Shown here: positions 50,844 to 60,585 of the stretch, piece after piece | Layout: every line of letters begins with the position of its first letter | How positions within the stretch are numbered: the stretch's first letter is position 1 | Assembly: GCA_040882355.1 (NCBI GenBank) | Contig: JBBEBM010000053.1 | Coordinates: 1-64,000, forward strand | DNA from: Dehalococcoidia bacterium | GTDB taxonomy: Bacteria > Chloroflexota > Dehalococcoidia > DSTF01 > RBG-16-68-14 | Reading direction: 5' to 3' | Length of the DNA stretch: 64,000 nt | Position numbers and translations under genes: made by a program | The notes under the pieces: generated by a model | Told to the model about the DNA's origin: nothing | What the model saw: the letters and a program-made list of their open reading frames with translations, nothing else | Database searches by the model: none

Positions 50844-51818
50844 ATGATCGCCACTGTCGTCGGCAGCTACCCGAAGATCCCGAATCGACCGCGACCGGCC
50901 CGGCTGCGCAACGCCATCGCCCGCTTTGACCGGGGCGACGTCTCGAGCGAGGAGCTGGACAAGGTCGCGGACGAGGTGACGATCGAGGCGCTCCAGGAGC
51001 AGGCCGAGGCGGGCCTCGATCTGGTCACGGACGGCCAGATCCGCTGGGAAGACGAGCAGACCTACCTCGCGCGCAAGCTCAGCGGCGTCTCGATCAACGG
51101 GCTGATCCGCTGGTTCGACACGAACATGTACTATCGCCAGCCGGTGATCGAGGGCCCCGTCGGCTGGCGCGAGCCGATCACCGTGCGTGACTACGCCTTC
51201 GCGGTAGAGCACAGCGCGAAGCCGGTGAAGCCTGTGCTCACGGGGCCGTACACGCTCGCCCGCCTCGCTGTCGACCAGCACTACAACTCCGTCGATGCGC
51301 TGGCGACGGCGTTCGCCGAGGCGCTCAACCAGGAGGCGAAGGCGCTTCAACAGGCGGGCGCCAAGCTCATCCAGTTCAACGAGCCGGCTGTGCTCACGCA
51401 CAAGGATGACTTTCCCGACTTCGGCGCGATTAGCCGGCGGCTGGTCGATGGGCTGAACGTCGAGACCTCGGTCTACTTCTACTTCGGCAACGTGGACGGC
51501 ATCTACCCGCAACTGCTCGACCTACCGTTCGACCTGATCGGGCTCGACTTCGTGATGGGCGCCGCGAACGAGGGCCTGCTCCACCGCTCGCCCTTCACCA
51601 AGAAGCTCGGACTGGGCATCGTCGACGCGCGCAACACGCGGCTGGAGTCGCCGCAGCAGATCGCCGAGCGGATCAAGTCGCTCGCGGGCAACCTACCGCC
51701 CGATCACATCCACGTCAGCCCCAGCGCGGGGCTGGAGTTCCTGCCGCGAGAGGTCGCGCAGGAGAAGCTACGCAACCTGGCGCAGGGTGTGCGCCAGGCG
51801 GAAGGGGTGCTGGTATGA
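50844..51818 (+). CDS. split cobalamin-independent methionine synthase, non-catalytic half
   Basis: RWFDTNMYYRQP; Zn ligands absent (YFYFG, PSAGL). Confidence 0.8.
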   Translation: MIATVVGSYPKIPNRPRPARLRNAIARFDRGDVSSEELDKVADEVTIEALQEQAEAGLDLVTDGQIRWEDEQTYLARKLSGVSINGLIRWFDTNMYYRQPVIEGPVGWREPITVRDYAFAVEHSAKPVKPVLTGPYTLARLAVDQHYNSVDALATAFAEALNQEAKALQQAGAKLIQFNEPAVLTHKDDFPDFGAISRRLVDGLNVETSVYFYFGNVDGIYPQLLDLPFDLIGLDFVMGAANEGLLHRSPFTKKLGLGIVDARNTRLESPQQIAERIKSLAGNLPPDHIHVSPSAGLEFLPREVAQEKLRNLAQGVRQAEGVLV

Positions 51819-52795
51819 GCAAGGGCCTGCTTACCACGACAGTCGGCAGCTTTCCGAAGCCCGACTATCTGCAGAAGGCGCGCAACCAGTTCGCCGCCGG
51901 CAAGCTGCCGCTCGACGAGCTGCAGGAGCTGGAGCGCAAGGCGACACGCGAGGTGATCGCGCTGCAGGAGGAGCTGGGCATCGACATCCTCGTAGACGGC
52001 GAGATGGCGCGCGGCGACATGGTCGTCTACTTCGCCGAGCACCTCCAGGGGATGGAGATCGGCGGGCTCGTGCGCTCCTACGGCAACCGCTACTACCACA
52101 AGCCGATCGTGAAGGGCGGCCTGCGCTGGACCGAGCCGATCACGCTCGAGCTGTGGCGCTTCGCCCAGGGTCTCACCGACAAGCCGGTGAAAGGCATGCT
52201 CACCGGGCCCTACACGATGGTCGAGTGGTCGTTCCTCGAAGGTTACGACGACCGCCGCACGGCCGTCCTGGAGATGGCGAAGGCCGTCCACATGGAGGCC
52301 GTCGAGCTCGATCGGGCGGGCGCCGCCTACATCCAGATCGATGAGCCCGCGCTCTCAACCCGGCTCGAAGACCTCGAGCTCGCGATCGAGGCGATGGGCG
52401 TCGTCACTGAGGGCCTGCGCGCAAAGACGCTCACCCACATCTGCTACGGCGACTTCGTCTCCGTCTACCCACGCTTCCTCGATATGCCGGTCGTCCAGTT
52501 CGACCTGGAGATGGCGAACAGCGGCCACGACCTGGTCGAGCTGTTCAAGGCGAAGGGCTTTCCCGAGGGCAAAGAGATCGCCTGGGGCGTCTTCGACGTG
52601 CACACGCACGTCGTCGAGACGGTCGACGAGGTGAAGACCGCCATCAAGCGCGGCCTGGAAGTGCTGCCGCCGGAACGGCTCTTCATCGACCCGGACTGCG
52701 GGCTAAAGACACGCACCTGGGACGAGGCGGAGGCCCAACTGCGCGTGATGATGCAGGGCGTCCACGAAGTCCGCCAAGAGTTGGGTATCGAGTAG
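51815..52795 (+). CDS. metE: split cobalamin-independent methionine synthase, catalytic half
   Basis: TTVGSFP, QIDEP, THICYG, DPDCGLKTR; ATGA overlap with the upstream gene. Confidence 0.88.
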   Translation: MSKGLLTTTVGSFPKPDYLQKARNQFAAGKLPLDELQELERKATREVIALQEELGIDILVDGEMARGDMVVYFAEHLQGMEIGGLVRSYGNRYYHKPIVKGGLRWTEPITLELWRFAQGLTDKPVKGMLTGPYTMVEWSFLEGYDDRRTAVLEMAKAVHMEAVELDRAGAAYIQIDEPALSTRLEDLELAIEAMGVVTEGLRAKTLTHICYGDFVSVYPRFLDMPVVQFDLEMANSGHDLVELFKAKGFPEGKEIAWGVFDVHTHVVETVDEVKTAIKRGLEVLPPERLFIDPDCGLKTRTWDEAEAQLRVMMQGVHEVRQELGIE

Positions 52796-52807
52796 CGCCA
52801 GGACTCA

Positions 52808-53125
52808 TTGGATTCGGCGGATGACCGTGGCTTACGCTTGGCGATCCACATCGCCATCTACTGCGTCGTCACGATCGTGGTCGCTGTCACCGCCGCGTGG
52901 CGGATATGGCGACTCGCAGCAGCCAGCTCCAATCGACAAGAGAGATGGGCGCTCCGAGGCGGGGTTGTCATGGGCATCGTCACCATTGGAACGATCGGTA
53001 ATGTTGAGGCTGCCTTTCTCGGCTTCCACCCCGTTGCGCTCATTCCTACGACCGTCTTCGGAGCGCTCGGATTCGGGCTAGGGGCAATAGTTGGCGTGCT
53101 CGGCGCATTCGTTTTCAGGCGTTGA
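52808..53125 (+). CDS. small membrane protein
   Basis: about three hydrophobic segments, atypical codons. Confidence 0.5.
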   Translation: MDSADDRGLRLAIHIAIYCVVTIVVAVTAAWRIWRLAAASSNRQERWALRGGVVMGIVTIGTIGNVEAAFLGFHPVALIPTTVFGALGFGLGAIVGVLGAFVFRR

Positions 53126-53798
53126 CGGCTGTCGGGGCGGCTGGCTGGTCGTGCGCTACGAGGGCGCGAAGCGACTGCGCCTCCTCGACATCGCCGTCGT
53201 CCCCACCTTTGACGAGCTGCTCGCCCTCACGAAGGGTTGCGTGGCCGTCGCCGTCGACATCCCGATCGGCCTGAGCGACAGCGAGCCGCGCGCGGCGGAC
53301 CGCGAGGCTCGACGCCTCCTCGGCAGGCCGCGCATGACCAGCGTCTTTCCCGCGCCGGTACGCGCCACGCTCGCCGCGAAAAGCTACCTCGAGGCCCGCG
53401 ACCTGTCGTTCCGCGCGTGCGGCCGCAAGCTCTCGCAGCAGACCTACAACATCCTGCCCAAGATCCGCGAGGCGGACCGGTCGATGACCCCCGCGCTCCA
53501 GCAGCGCGTCGTCGAGGCGCACCCGGAGGTCACCTTCCGGGCGCTGAACGGCGGGCGCGCGATGGCCTATCGCAAGAAGTCGCGCGCTGGCCGGCAGGAG
53601 CGCCTCGCGGTGCTCACGAAGGTGTTCGAGGACGACACCGCCTCCCTCGCGCCGCCGTCAGGCGCTGCGCGAGACGACCTGCTCGACGCCTGCGCCGTCG
53701 CCTGGACGGCCTGGCGTCTCGCGCAGGGCGAGGCGCAGCGCCTGCCCGCCCGCCGCGATCTCGATGCGCGCGGCCTGCGGATGGAGATCGTGTACTAG
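53091..53798 (+). CDS. DUF429 family (RNase H-like fold) protein
   Basis: GVDGCRGGW, VDIPIGL, EAHPE, DDLLDA, RMEI. Confidence 0.85.
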   Translation: MACSAHSFSGVDGCRGGWLVVRYEGAKRLRLLDIAVVPTFDELLALTKGCVAVAVDIPIGLSDSEPRAADREARRLLGRPRMTSVFPAPVRATLAAKSYLEARDLSFRACGRKLSQQTYNILPKIREADRSMTPALQQRVVEAHPEVTFRALNGGRAMAYRKKSRAGRQERLAVLTKVFEDDTASLAPPSGAARDDLLDACAVAWTAWRLAQGEAQRLPARRDLDARGLRMEIVY

Positions 53799-53836
53799 GG
53801 GGTGGCCGCTATACTGGGCGCGCCAAGGAGGTCACG

Positions 53837-54265
53837 ATGCCCGCGAAGCTCACGAAAGACGAAGCCCATGCCTTCCTCGACAGCCGGCCCGGCTGGCTAG
53901 TCCTCACGACGATCGGGCGCAACAGCTATCCGCACACGATCCCGGTCGGCTACTTCCGCATGGGCGACGACGTCTACACCGGTGGCCGCGCCGGCACGCA
54001 GCGCCTGAAGAACATCGAGCGCAACCCGAAGGTGAGCGCGCTCGTCGAGAGCGGCAAGACGATGCAGGAGATCAAGGGCCTGATGATCGAGGGCGACGCC
54101 GAACTCGTCACCGAGCCGTCGGAGGTCCTGCCGCTCATGCGCGAAGCCGCGCGCCAGCGCGGCACGCCGGACGACCAGTTCCCGACCGCGGCGCGCCCCG
54201 GCGTCGCCTACATTCGCATCCGGCCCCGGCGCTACGTCTCCTGGGACTACTCGCGCGAGGGCTGA
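53837..54265 (+). CDS. pyridoxamine 5'-phosphate oxidase-like (PPOX class) protein
   Basis: LTT....YPH, NIERNPKVS, SWDY; AAGGAGG SD. Confidence 0.85.
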   Translation: MPAKLTKDEAHAFLDSRPGWLVLTTIGRNSYPHTIPVGYFRMGDDVYTGGRAGTQRLKNIERNPKVSALVESGKTMQEIKGLMIEGDAELVTEPSEVLPLMREAARQRGTPDDQFPTAARPGVAYIRIRPRRYVSWDYSREG

Positions 54266-54361
54266 CGGAACGATCGACCCGAAACGGGCGTACTGTCGGG
54301 CGAGATGATGGCGCAGACTGAGAAGGCCGAGCTGACGCCTGTGCCCCTGCCGGCCGCGGTC

Positions 54362-56965
54362 CTACTTCCTGGGCCTTCGATACAACGTAGCTACGAGCCG
54401 CACCGGCTTGTTGCCAGCCTTGCCTACCGCAAAGCGTGGCAGCCTACGATGCGTCATGAAATACGCCAACGGGTCAGAGCGGCAACCGATTACCTCAGCG
54501 GGCGACAGCGACCAAGCCTCCGCAAGCGCGTCCTCCACCAATGACCTCCAGTCGCGCTGTTGAAGTGTCGAGAACACCTGTCCCGGCGCGTAGGGTTGGC
54601 GCTGCATGAGAACGACATCGTCACTCAGCGAGATCTTCCCATCGGCGTAATCAAACGCCCGCCTTTCTAGCAGGACCATTCTGTGTTTCTTGTGGAACCA
54701 CGCGGCGAGCGCGCGTGTCGACCGGTACCTTCGGCCGGCATATGCGATCGGAAGGTTTCCTACATCGCCACCAAAGGCCCCGACCTCGGCTGCAAGCGTG
54801 GCGCGTTGGTCGCTGCGTTCCGCAGCGCGTGCCTCTACCAGTTCACGCTGCTCAGTTGCCCACCTCGCTAAGCTGCCCGGCTCAACTAGGGCTACGCCCA
54901 AGTCTCTGGCCGCACGGCTGGTCTTGCCCAAGATCATTCCAGGCAGGTTTGTCGGGCGTACAGCTAGACCGCCGGCATATACCACCCCGTCAGCTGCCCA
55001 CCGCCCATGAGTCATCCTACGCAGTCCAGGAAGAGCTGCTCGCCCCACAGGACGCCCGTCCGCTCCGGAGAGCGGCCGCAAGTACCGGCCTATCTCCCGC
55101 AGTCCCGCCTTCTCGTATGCCGTCAAATCGTCGTAGTCCAGGCAATTTAAGCGTGCCAGGAGCCTCGCCGGTTCCACCACCAGCCAATCGTTCGCGCGCA
55201 CGACGCAGACGGGCGCGGTGTTCGGTTCGGCCAAATAGAGGTTGACGTCGATCGCAGCACACATCTGGGCAAGCGCCACAGTGAACCCAGGCGAGAAAAT
55301 ACCTCCGCTCACGATCGATTGGGCATTCTCCCGTGGATCCTTGCGCAACCACACTCGAACACACGTACCTCCATCTCTCACGCTGGGTCGATGATCTACG
55401 CGTCGCAGCAGGGGCCGCGACGCGAGTCCTTGCTCGAACTCCAGCGCCCGGGTTGCCTGCTGCCCCTGGTCGAACCTGCGGGTCGTCACACAAACGTGGT
55501 CGCCGAGCATGAAAACGGAAAAGAATCCGATGCCGTACTTGCCCGTTGATTCAAAGCCTTTTGCAAGGAGACCCGGAAGCTCGTGCTGCATTAGCAGCGA
55601 GCCCCAGTAGGTGGTACCGAAGTCGAGGAGCGGCCCGGTGAGAACTCTCTCGGACATGCCAATGCCGTTGTCTTCGACCTCCATCCAAGGCCCGGCGCGA
55701 TCTTCACCGAACCGAATTGTGACGTCCCCCCAGTCCTCCGGCCGTGCTTCGCACACACGACGCGCGCGCACCGCGTCACACGCATTCTGGATCAGCTCTC
55801 GCACCGGTATTAGCCCGCTGCTTCGTTCCCCATACAATGTCTCGCCGCCTAGCTTCTGGACCAGCCCCGCCACGTCGGTGACCTGTATTCTCGCATCCAC
55901 GGGCACCCAGCCGTCGCAGCGAATGAAAAGAGCAAGGCGCATCGCGTCTTCCGCACCTCGAACGCCCTTCGCGACGAATCTCTGCCTGCCGCTGTCGGTG
56001 AGCAAGGAGTCCACCTCCCTCAGTTCGTCGTCTGCCAATCGAAGGAGGTCAAAGCCCAGCCACCAGGCTTCGGCATCCTCTGCTGGGAAACCGTGCGCCG
56101 ATGCGTACACGAGTCGGTCAGTCTCTAGATGTGGTTGCTGGACCTTCTCTTGGAACACCCAGTGGAGTTGTGATCCATCTCCAGGTTTGCGAACGGCCCT
56201 GAGGAACCCTGGTGCGCGCTCACCGTAGATGTGTGCGGCGTCGGCTGTGCGCACCAGGCAAGCAAGCGGCAGAGGATCCACAGTCCAATCACGAGGGGAC
56301 CCCGGTGGCGCACCGAGCTTCTGACCGAACTGCGCGTTCAGGTTTGCGACAGGCCACCAGTGGCTATGGCCGAGCCTACCGATGAGCGGCGCATAAGTAT
56401 TCCGCAGGTCAACATCCTCTATGAGGTGGTATTCAGCATCGCCTTCGCGGTCGCGCCAGGAGATCCGTGGCAGCTGTTCGGCGCGTCTGGCGTGCAGGTT
56501 GCGGAGAACTTGCTCCTTCGCCTCGCGCTCCATCTCCGGGCTAACGTCAGCGAGTTCCTCGGCAGATGGGACGCGACCAAGCTCTGCGGTCTTCAGAGCG
56601 ATGACGGTGTCCTGCCAGCTTACGTCCTGCTTGAGCTCAGCCAGACCCCCAGGGTAGGCCGCCAGGCCCAATCCGAGGTCGTGTACAAGAAAGGCACCGC
56701 CCAGGATGAACGCCTCCACGGGATTGATCTCAAAGGCCTCGCCGGCGATCAGGTCGCCGGTCTCCCACAAGGCATCCAGGTGGGAGACGTCATGCACCGT
56801 GAATTCGGGCAGGTCGCGCGCGATTTCGGCGGCAAGCACCGCCGCGCGCTCGCGGAATCTCAGGAACGCGTTTCGCAGCCGCTCACGCTGCTCGCGAAAC
56901 TCGTCTTCGCCCGGCTGTTCGGCCAGGGTGCTCTTCCAAAGCCGCGTCCTCTCGAATGGTAGCAC
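54362..56965 (-). CDS. N-terminal HD-like domain + HSP90-like GHKL ATPase (HD-CE type)
   Basis: FTVHD..H, VHDLG, RTADA; RELIQNACDA, DNGIGM, GKYGIGFFS. Confidence 0.85.
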   Translation of the reverse strand: MLPFERTRLWKSTLAEQPGEDEFREQRERLRNAFLRFRERAAVLAAEIARDLPEFTVHDVSHLDALWETGDLIAGEAFEINPVEAFILGGAFLVHDLGLGLAAYPGGLAELKQDVSWQDTVIALKTAELGRVPSAEELADVSPEMEREAKEQVLRNLHARRAEQLPRISWRDREGDAEYHLIEDVDLRNTYAPLIGRLGHSHWWPVANLNAQFGQKLGAPPGSPRDWTVDPLPLACLVRTADAAHIYGERAPGFLRAVRKPGDGSQLHWVFQEKVQQPHLETDRLVYASAHGFPAEDAEAWWLGFDLLRLADDELREVDSLLTDSGRQRFVAKGVRGAEDAMRLALFIRCDGWVPVDARIQVTDVAGLVQKLGGETLYGERSSGLIPVRELIQNACDAVRARRVCEARPEDWGDVTIRFGEDRAGPWMEVEDNGIGMSERVLTGPLLDFGTTYWGSLLMQHELPGLLAKGFESTGKYGIGFFSVFMLGDHVCVTTRRFDQGQQATRALEFEQGLASRPLLRRVDHRPSVRDGGTCVRVWLRKDPRENAQSIVSGGIFSPGFTVALAQMCAAIDVNLYLAEPNTAPVCVVRANDWLVVEPARLLARLNCLDYDDLTAYEKAGLREIGRYLRPLSGADGRPVGRAALPGLRRMTHGRWAADGVVYAGGLAVRPTNLPGMILGKTSRAARDLGVALVEPGSLARWATEQRELVEARAAERSDQRATLAAEVGAFGGDVGNLPIAYAGRRYRSTRALAAWFHKKHRMVLLERRAFDYADGKISLSDDVVLMQRQPYAPGQVFSTLQQRDWRSLVEDALAEAWSLSPAEVIGCRSDPLAYFMTHRRLPRFAVGKAGNKPVRLVATLYRRPRK

Positions 56966-57090
56966 TCGATAGCCTCACTTGCTTGTGCAATTGAGCAGCT
57001 CGACCGCCTGCCCGCCTGAAATCTAGCACAACCCAGGCCCTCTTTCAACATAGGACCGGCAGAACGTGGCCCGGTGGGTAGCCTAGCTGC

Positions 57091-58152
57091 TTAGCGCGCC
57101 ACCCGCGCCGGCTCCGCGTCCACCGCTTTCACCAGGTCGATGGCGCGGGCGAGAGTGTCGAGGCGCTCAGTAGGTGTACGGCCCTCGGGGTCGACACGGA
57201 GGGTGGTGACGCCGGCGTCGCGGTAGACGCGGATGCGATCCTTCACCATCGCGTCGGTGCCGAGCAGGTTCGTCTTCAGCACCAGCTCGTCCGGCACCAG
57301 CTCCGCCGCCTCGTCGCGCTTGCCGTCGAGCCACAAGCGCTGCGCCTCCTGCGCGACGTCCTCGTAACCGGCGCGCTGGAAGGCGGCGTTGTAGAAGTTG
57401 TGCTCGCGCGAGCCCATCGCGCCCAGCGTGAAGGCGAGCCCCGGCTTGCGGCGCGGGGTCAGCGACTCCGCGTCGTCGCCGAACGCCACGACGCCGCCCG
57501 CCTGCAGGTCGAGGTCGGCGAGCGAGCGCCCGGCCTTCGTCGCGCCGCTGGCGATGTGGTCGAAGAAGACGCCGGCGTGGTCAGGCATGAACGAGGTGCC
57601 GAGCCAGCCATCGGCGAGCTCGCCGGTGAGCGCGAGGCTTCGCGGGCTGAGCGTGGCGAGGTAGACGGGGATGTCGGGCACCGCGGGCGAGCCGGAGCGC
57701 AGCGGCTTGCCCTCGCCGCCCGGCAGCGGCAGCGTGTAGACCTTCCCCTGGTAGCTGAGCCGCTCGCCCTTCGTCGCGATGCGCACGATCTCGATGAGCT
57801 CGCGCATGCGCGTGACCGGCCGGTCGAACGGGATGCCGTGCCAGCCCTCGATCACCTGCGGGCCGCTGGTGCCGAAGCCGAGCACGAATCGATTGTTCGA
57901 GAGCGACGCGAGCGACATCGCGGTCATCGCGACAAGCGCGGGCGTGCGGGTACCGGCCTGCATGATGCCGGTGCCCAGCCGGATGGTCGACGTCTTGGCG
58001 GCGAGGTAGGCGAGCGGCGTGACGGCGTCGTAGCCCCAGGCCTCGGCGGACCAGACATCGTGCACGCCCAGCCGCTCGGCCTCGACGACGAAGTCCGTCG
58101 CGCCGTCCCAGTCGCTGTTGCGCGCCCCGCCGAAGGTAATCGAGATACGCAT
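57091..58152 (-). CDS. LLM class (probably F420-dependent) oxidoreductase
   Basis: AEAWGYDA, GTSGPQVIEGWHG. Confidence 0.9.
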   Translation of the reverse strand: MRISITFGGARNSDWDGATDFVVEAERLGVHDVWSAEAWGYDAVTPLAYLAAKTSTIRLGTGIMQAGTRTPALVAMTAMSLASLSNNRFVLGFGTSGPQVIEGWHGIPFDRPVTRMRELIEIVRIATKGERLSYQGKVYTLPLPGGEGKPLRSGSPAVPDIPVYLATLSPRSLALTGELADGWLGTSFMPDHAGVFFDHIASGATKAGRSLADLDLQAGGVVAFGDDAESLTPRRKPGLAFTLGAMGSREHNFYNAAFQRAGYEDVAQEAQRLWLDGKRDEAAELVPDELVLKTNLLGTDAMVKDRIRVYRDAGVTTLRVDPEGRTPTERLDTLARAIDLVKAVDAEPARVAR

Positions 58153-58163
58153 CGTTTCCTCCT

Positions 58164-59936
58164 CTACCGTCTTCGGAACTGGCGCGCCAGCGCATCCGAG
58201 CTGACGTGGATCATCGTTGGGCGGCCGTGCGGGCAGGTGCGCGCGTGCTCCGACGCTTCGAGCTGGCTAAGCAGCTCGCGCTGCTCCTCGTCGCTGAGTG
58301 GTTTGCCGGCGCGGACGGCAGCGTGGCAGGCGAGCGACGCGGCGACTCGATGCGCGGGCTCCTCGCTCGGACTGTCTTCGCGGCCGAGCAGGTCGAGCAG
58401 CTCGCTCACGGCGCGGGTCGCGTCGCCGCCCGCGAGCGCGGGCGGCACAGCGCGCACGAGATACGCGCCGTCGCCGCCAAACGGCTCGACGCACAGGCCT
58501 GCCGCCTCCAGTTCGCCGGCGAAGTCCTCCAGCAGCGCCCGCTGGCGCGCCGTCAGCTCCAGCGGCGCGGGCTGGAGCAGCGGCTGCTGCTCGCGCACGC
58601 CATCGCGGCGGTCGGTGAGGAAGCGCTCGTAGAGGACGCGCTCGTGAGCAGCGTGCTGGTCGATCAGGTACATGCCTTCCGGCCCCTCGGCGATGACGTA
58701 GGTGTTGCCCACCTGGCCGACCGCGCGCAGGAGCGGCAGCGCGTCGTTACCGAGAAGCGGGGGCGCTTCGACGGTTGCTGGTCGCTGGTGGCTGGTTGCT
58801 GGTGCTGCGGTCGGAAGGGGCAGCGGCGGCGACTGCTCGCGCCAGGTGAGCGGGGGCGTGGCCGTCTCGAGCGTCGAGCCTCGAGCATCGAACATCGAGG
58901 CTCCGGCCTCCAGCGTCCAGCTCCCACCATCGAGGCCAGGCACGGGCGCGCGCGACGAGAGCGTGCGGCGGACGGCGCGCTGGACGGCGGCGAAGACGGC
59001 GCGTTCGTCTCGGAAGCGCACCTCGGCCTTCGTCGGGTGGACGTTGACGTCGACCTCGTCCGGCGGCAACCGCACCTCGAGGATCGCGACCGGGAAGCGC
59101 CCGACCGGCAGCATGCCCTGGTAGGCCTCGATCACTGCGAACGTGAGCGCGCGGTGGCGGATCCAGCGGCGGTTGGCGAAGAGCGAGACGTAGTTGCGGT
59201 TCGCGCGCGAGACAGCGGGCGAACCGACGAGGCCGCTGACCTCGATGCTGCCCTGCCCTTCGCTATCCAACGGGATCAGCTCGGCGGCGACCTCGACGCC
59301 GTAGACGGCGGCGGCCGCGTCGCGCAGGTCGCCGTTGCCGGGCGTCTGGAGAAGCACGCGGCCGTCGGCGCGCAGCGTGAAGCGCACCTCAGGGTAGGCG
59401 AGCGCGTACTGGCTGACGACGTTCGCTATCTGGGCGCTCTCAGACGCGGGTGTGCGGAGGAACTTGAGGCGGGCCGGCTGGCGGCGGAACAGCCCTTGCA
59501 CGGTGATCGACGTGCCGGGCGGCGCGCCGGCGCTCCCCTGGTGCGCCACCTCGCCCTCGCGCAGGACGATCCGACCGGCGACGAGCGCGCCCGCTGGCCG
59601 CGACGCCAGCTCGACATCGGCCGCGGCGGCGATGCTCGGCAGCGCCTCGCCCCGGAAGCCAAGCGTGGCGATGCGCCACAGCTCCTCCTCCGACTGCACC
59701 TTGCTCGTCGCGTGGCGCTCGAAGGCCAGGCGCAGCTCGTCGGGCGGGATGCCCTCGCCGTCATCGACGACGCGGAGGAACGCGATGCCGCCCTGGCGCG
59801 TCTCGACGGTGATCTGGCGCGCGTGGGCGTCGAGCGCGTTCTCGATCAGCTCCTTGACGACAGAAGCGGGCCGCTCGATCACCTCGCCGGCGGCGATGCG
59901 GGCGGCCTCCTGCGGGCTGAGCACCCGGATGGGCAC
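58164..59936 (-). CDS. mutL: DNA mismatch repair endonuclease
   Basis: AAGEVIERP, GFRGEAL, DQHAAHER, CPHGRP. Confidence 0.97.
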   Translation of the reverse strand: MPIRVLSPQEAARIAAGEVIERPASVVKELIENALDAHARQITVETRQGGIAFLRVVDDGEGIPPDELRLAFERHATSKVQSEEELWRIATLGFRGEALPSIAAAADVELASRPAGALVAGRIVLREGEVAHQGSAGAPPGTSITVQGLFRRQPARLKFLRTPASESAQIANVVSQYALAYPEVRFTLRADGRVLLQTPGNGDLRDAAAAVYGVEVAAELIPLDSEGQGSIEVSGLVGSPAVSRANRNYVSLFANRRWIRHRALTFAVIEAYQGMLPVGRFPVAILEVRLPPDEVDVNVHPTKAEVRFRDERAVFAAVQRAVRRTLSSRAPVPGLDGGSWTLEAGASMFDARGSTLETATPPLTWREQSPPLPLPTAAPATSHQRPATVEAPPLLGNDALPLLRAVGQVGNTYVIAEGPEGMYLIDQHAAHERVLYERFLTDRRDGVREQQPLLQPAPLELTARQRALLEDFAGELEAAGLCVEPFGGDGAYLVRAVPPALAGGDATRAVSELLDLLGREDSPSEEPAHRVAASLACHAAVRAGKPLSDEEQRELLSQLEASEHARTCPHGRPTMIHVSSDALARQFRRR

Positions 59937-59985
59937 GTTGGGGGAACCTCCGCCGCTATTCTAGCACGGGCGGGTTCGGCGGTCG

Positions 59986-60543
59986 TTAGCTCGATTCCGG
60001 GCTGCTGTATTCTGGGTACCGAGCTCGGTATCCGAGCAGCCTCGCTAGCGGCGCCAACACAGCAAGGACCGTCCGCTGGACCAGCATCGGGGGCCACGGG
60101 AGGAAGGTGTCGTACTCCCGGGCCAGGAGCGCCCCTTGCAGCGGGTTCGGCATGCCTTGTTGGTTGATCTTTCCCGCCCGGGCTAAGCCGAAGAGCGTCT
60201 CGAAAGCCGCTTCCGCCTTCAACGCAGGCCGCACCTCGAAGAGCATGTGCGCGTCGGTATTGCCGTCGTTCCACAACGTGTGCGGAATGCGGGGCGGAAG
60301 AACAACGGCCTTTCCGGCGCCAAGGTCTTGTTCCTCGCCCCCGAGACGGTAGCGCACCGCGCCCGACAGGACCTCCACCCGTTCCTCCTGGCGCGCATGG
60401 ACGTGCTCCATCACTCGCGCCGCGCCAGGCTTCATGAACAACTCAAACTGCAAGAGCTCGCCTGCCGTGTCTCGCGCTCGCTGGCGGAAGATCAGCCTCT
60501 CACCGGTAACGGGATTTTCGATCGCATCGCGTTCCTGGGACAT
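59986..60543 (-). CDS. cupin domain protein
   Basis: ENPVTGER, EHVH..QEE, PH. Confidence 0.85.
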   Translation of the reverse strand: MSQERDAIENPVTGERLIFRQRARDTAGELLQFELFMKPGAARVMEHVHARQEERVEVLSGAVRYRLGGEEQDLGAGKAVVLPPRIPHTLWNDGNTDAHMLFEVRPALKAEAAFETLFGLARAGKINQQGMPNPLQGALLAREYDTFLPWPPMLVQRTVLAVLAPLARLLGYRARYPEYSSPESS

Positions 60544-60585
60544 AGTCCGGCTCCCTTCGTTTTAGTCGTGTGAGTCCGTCGCACA

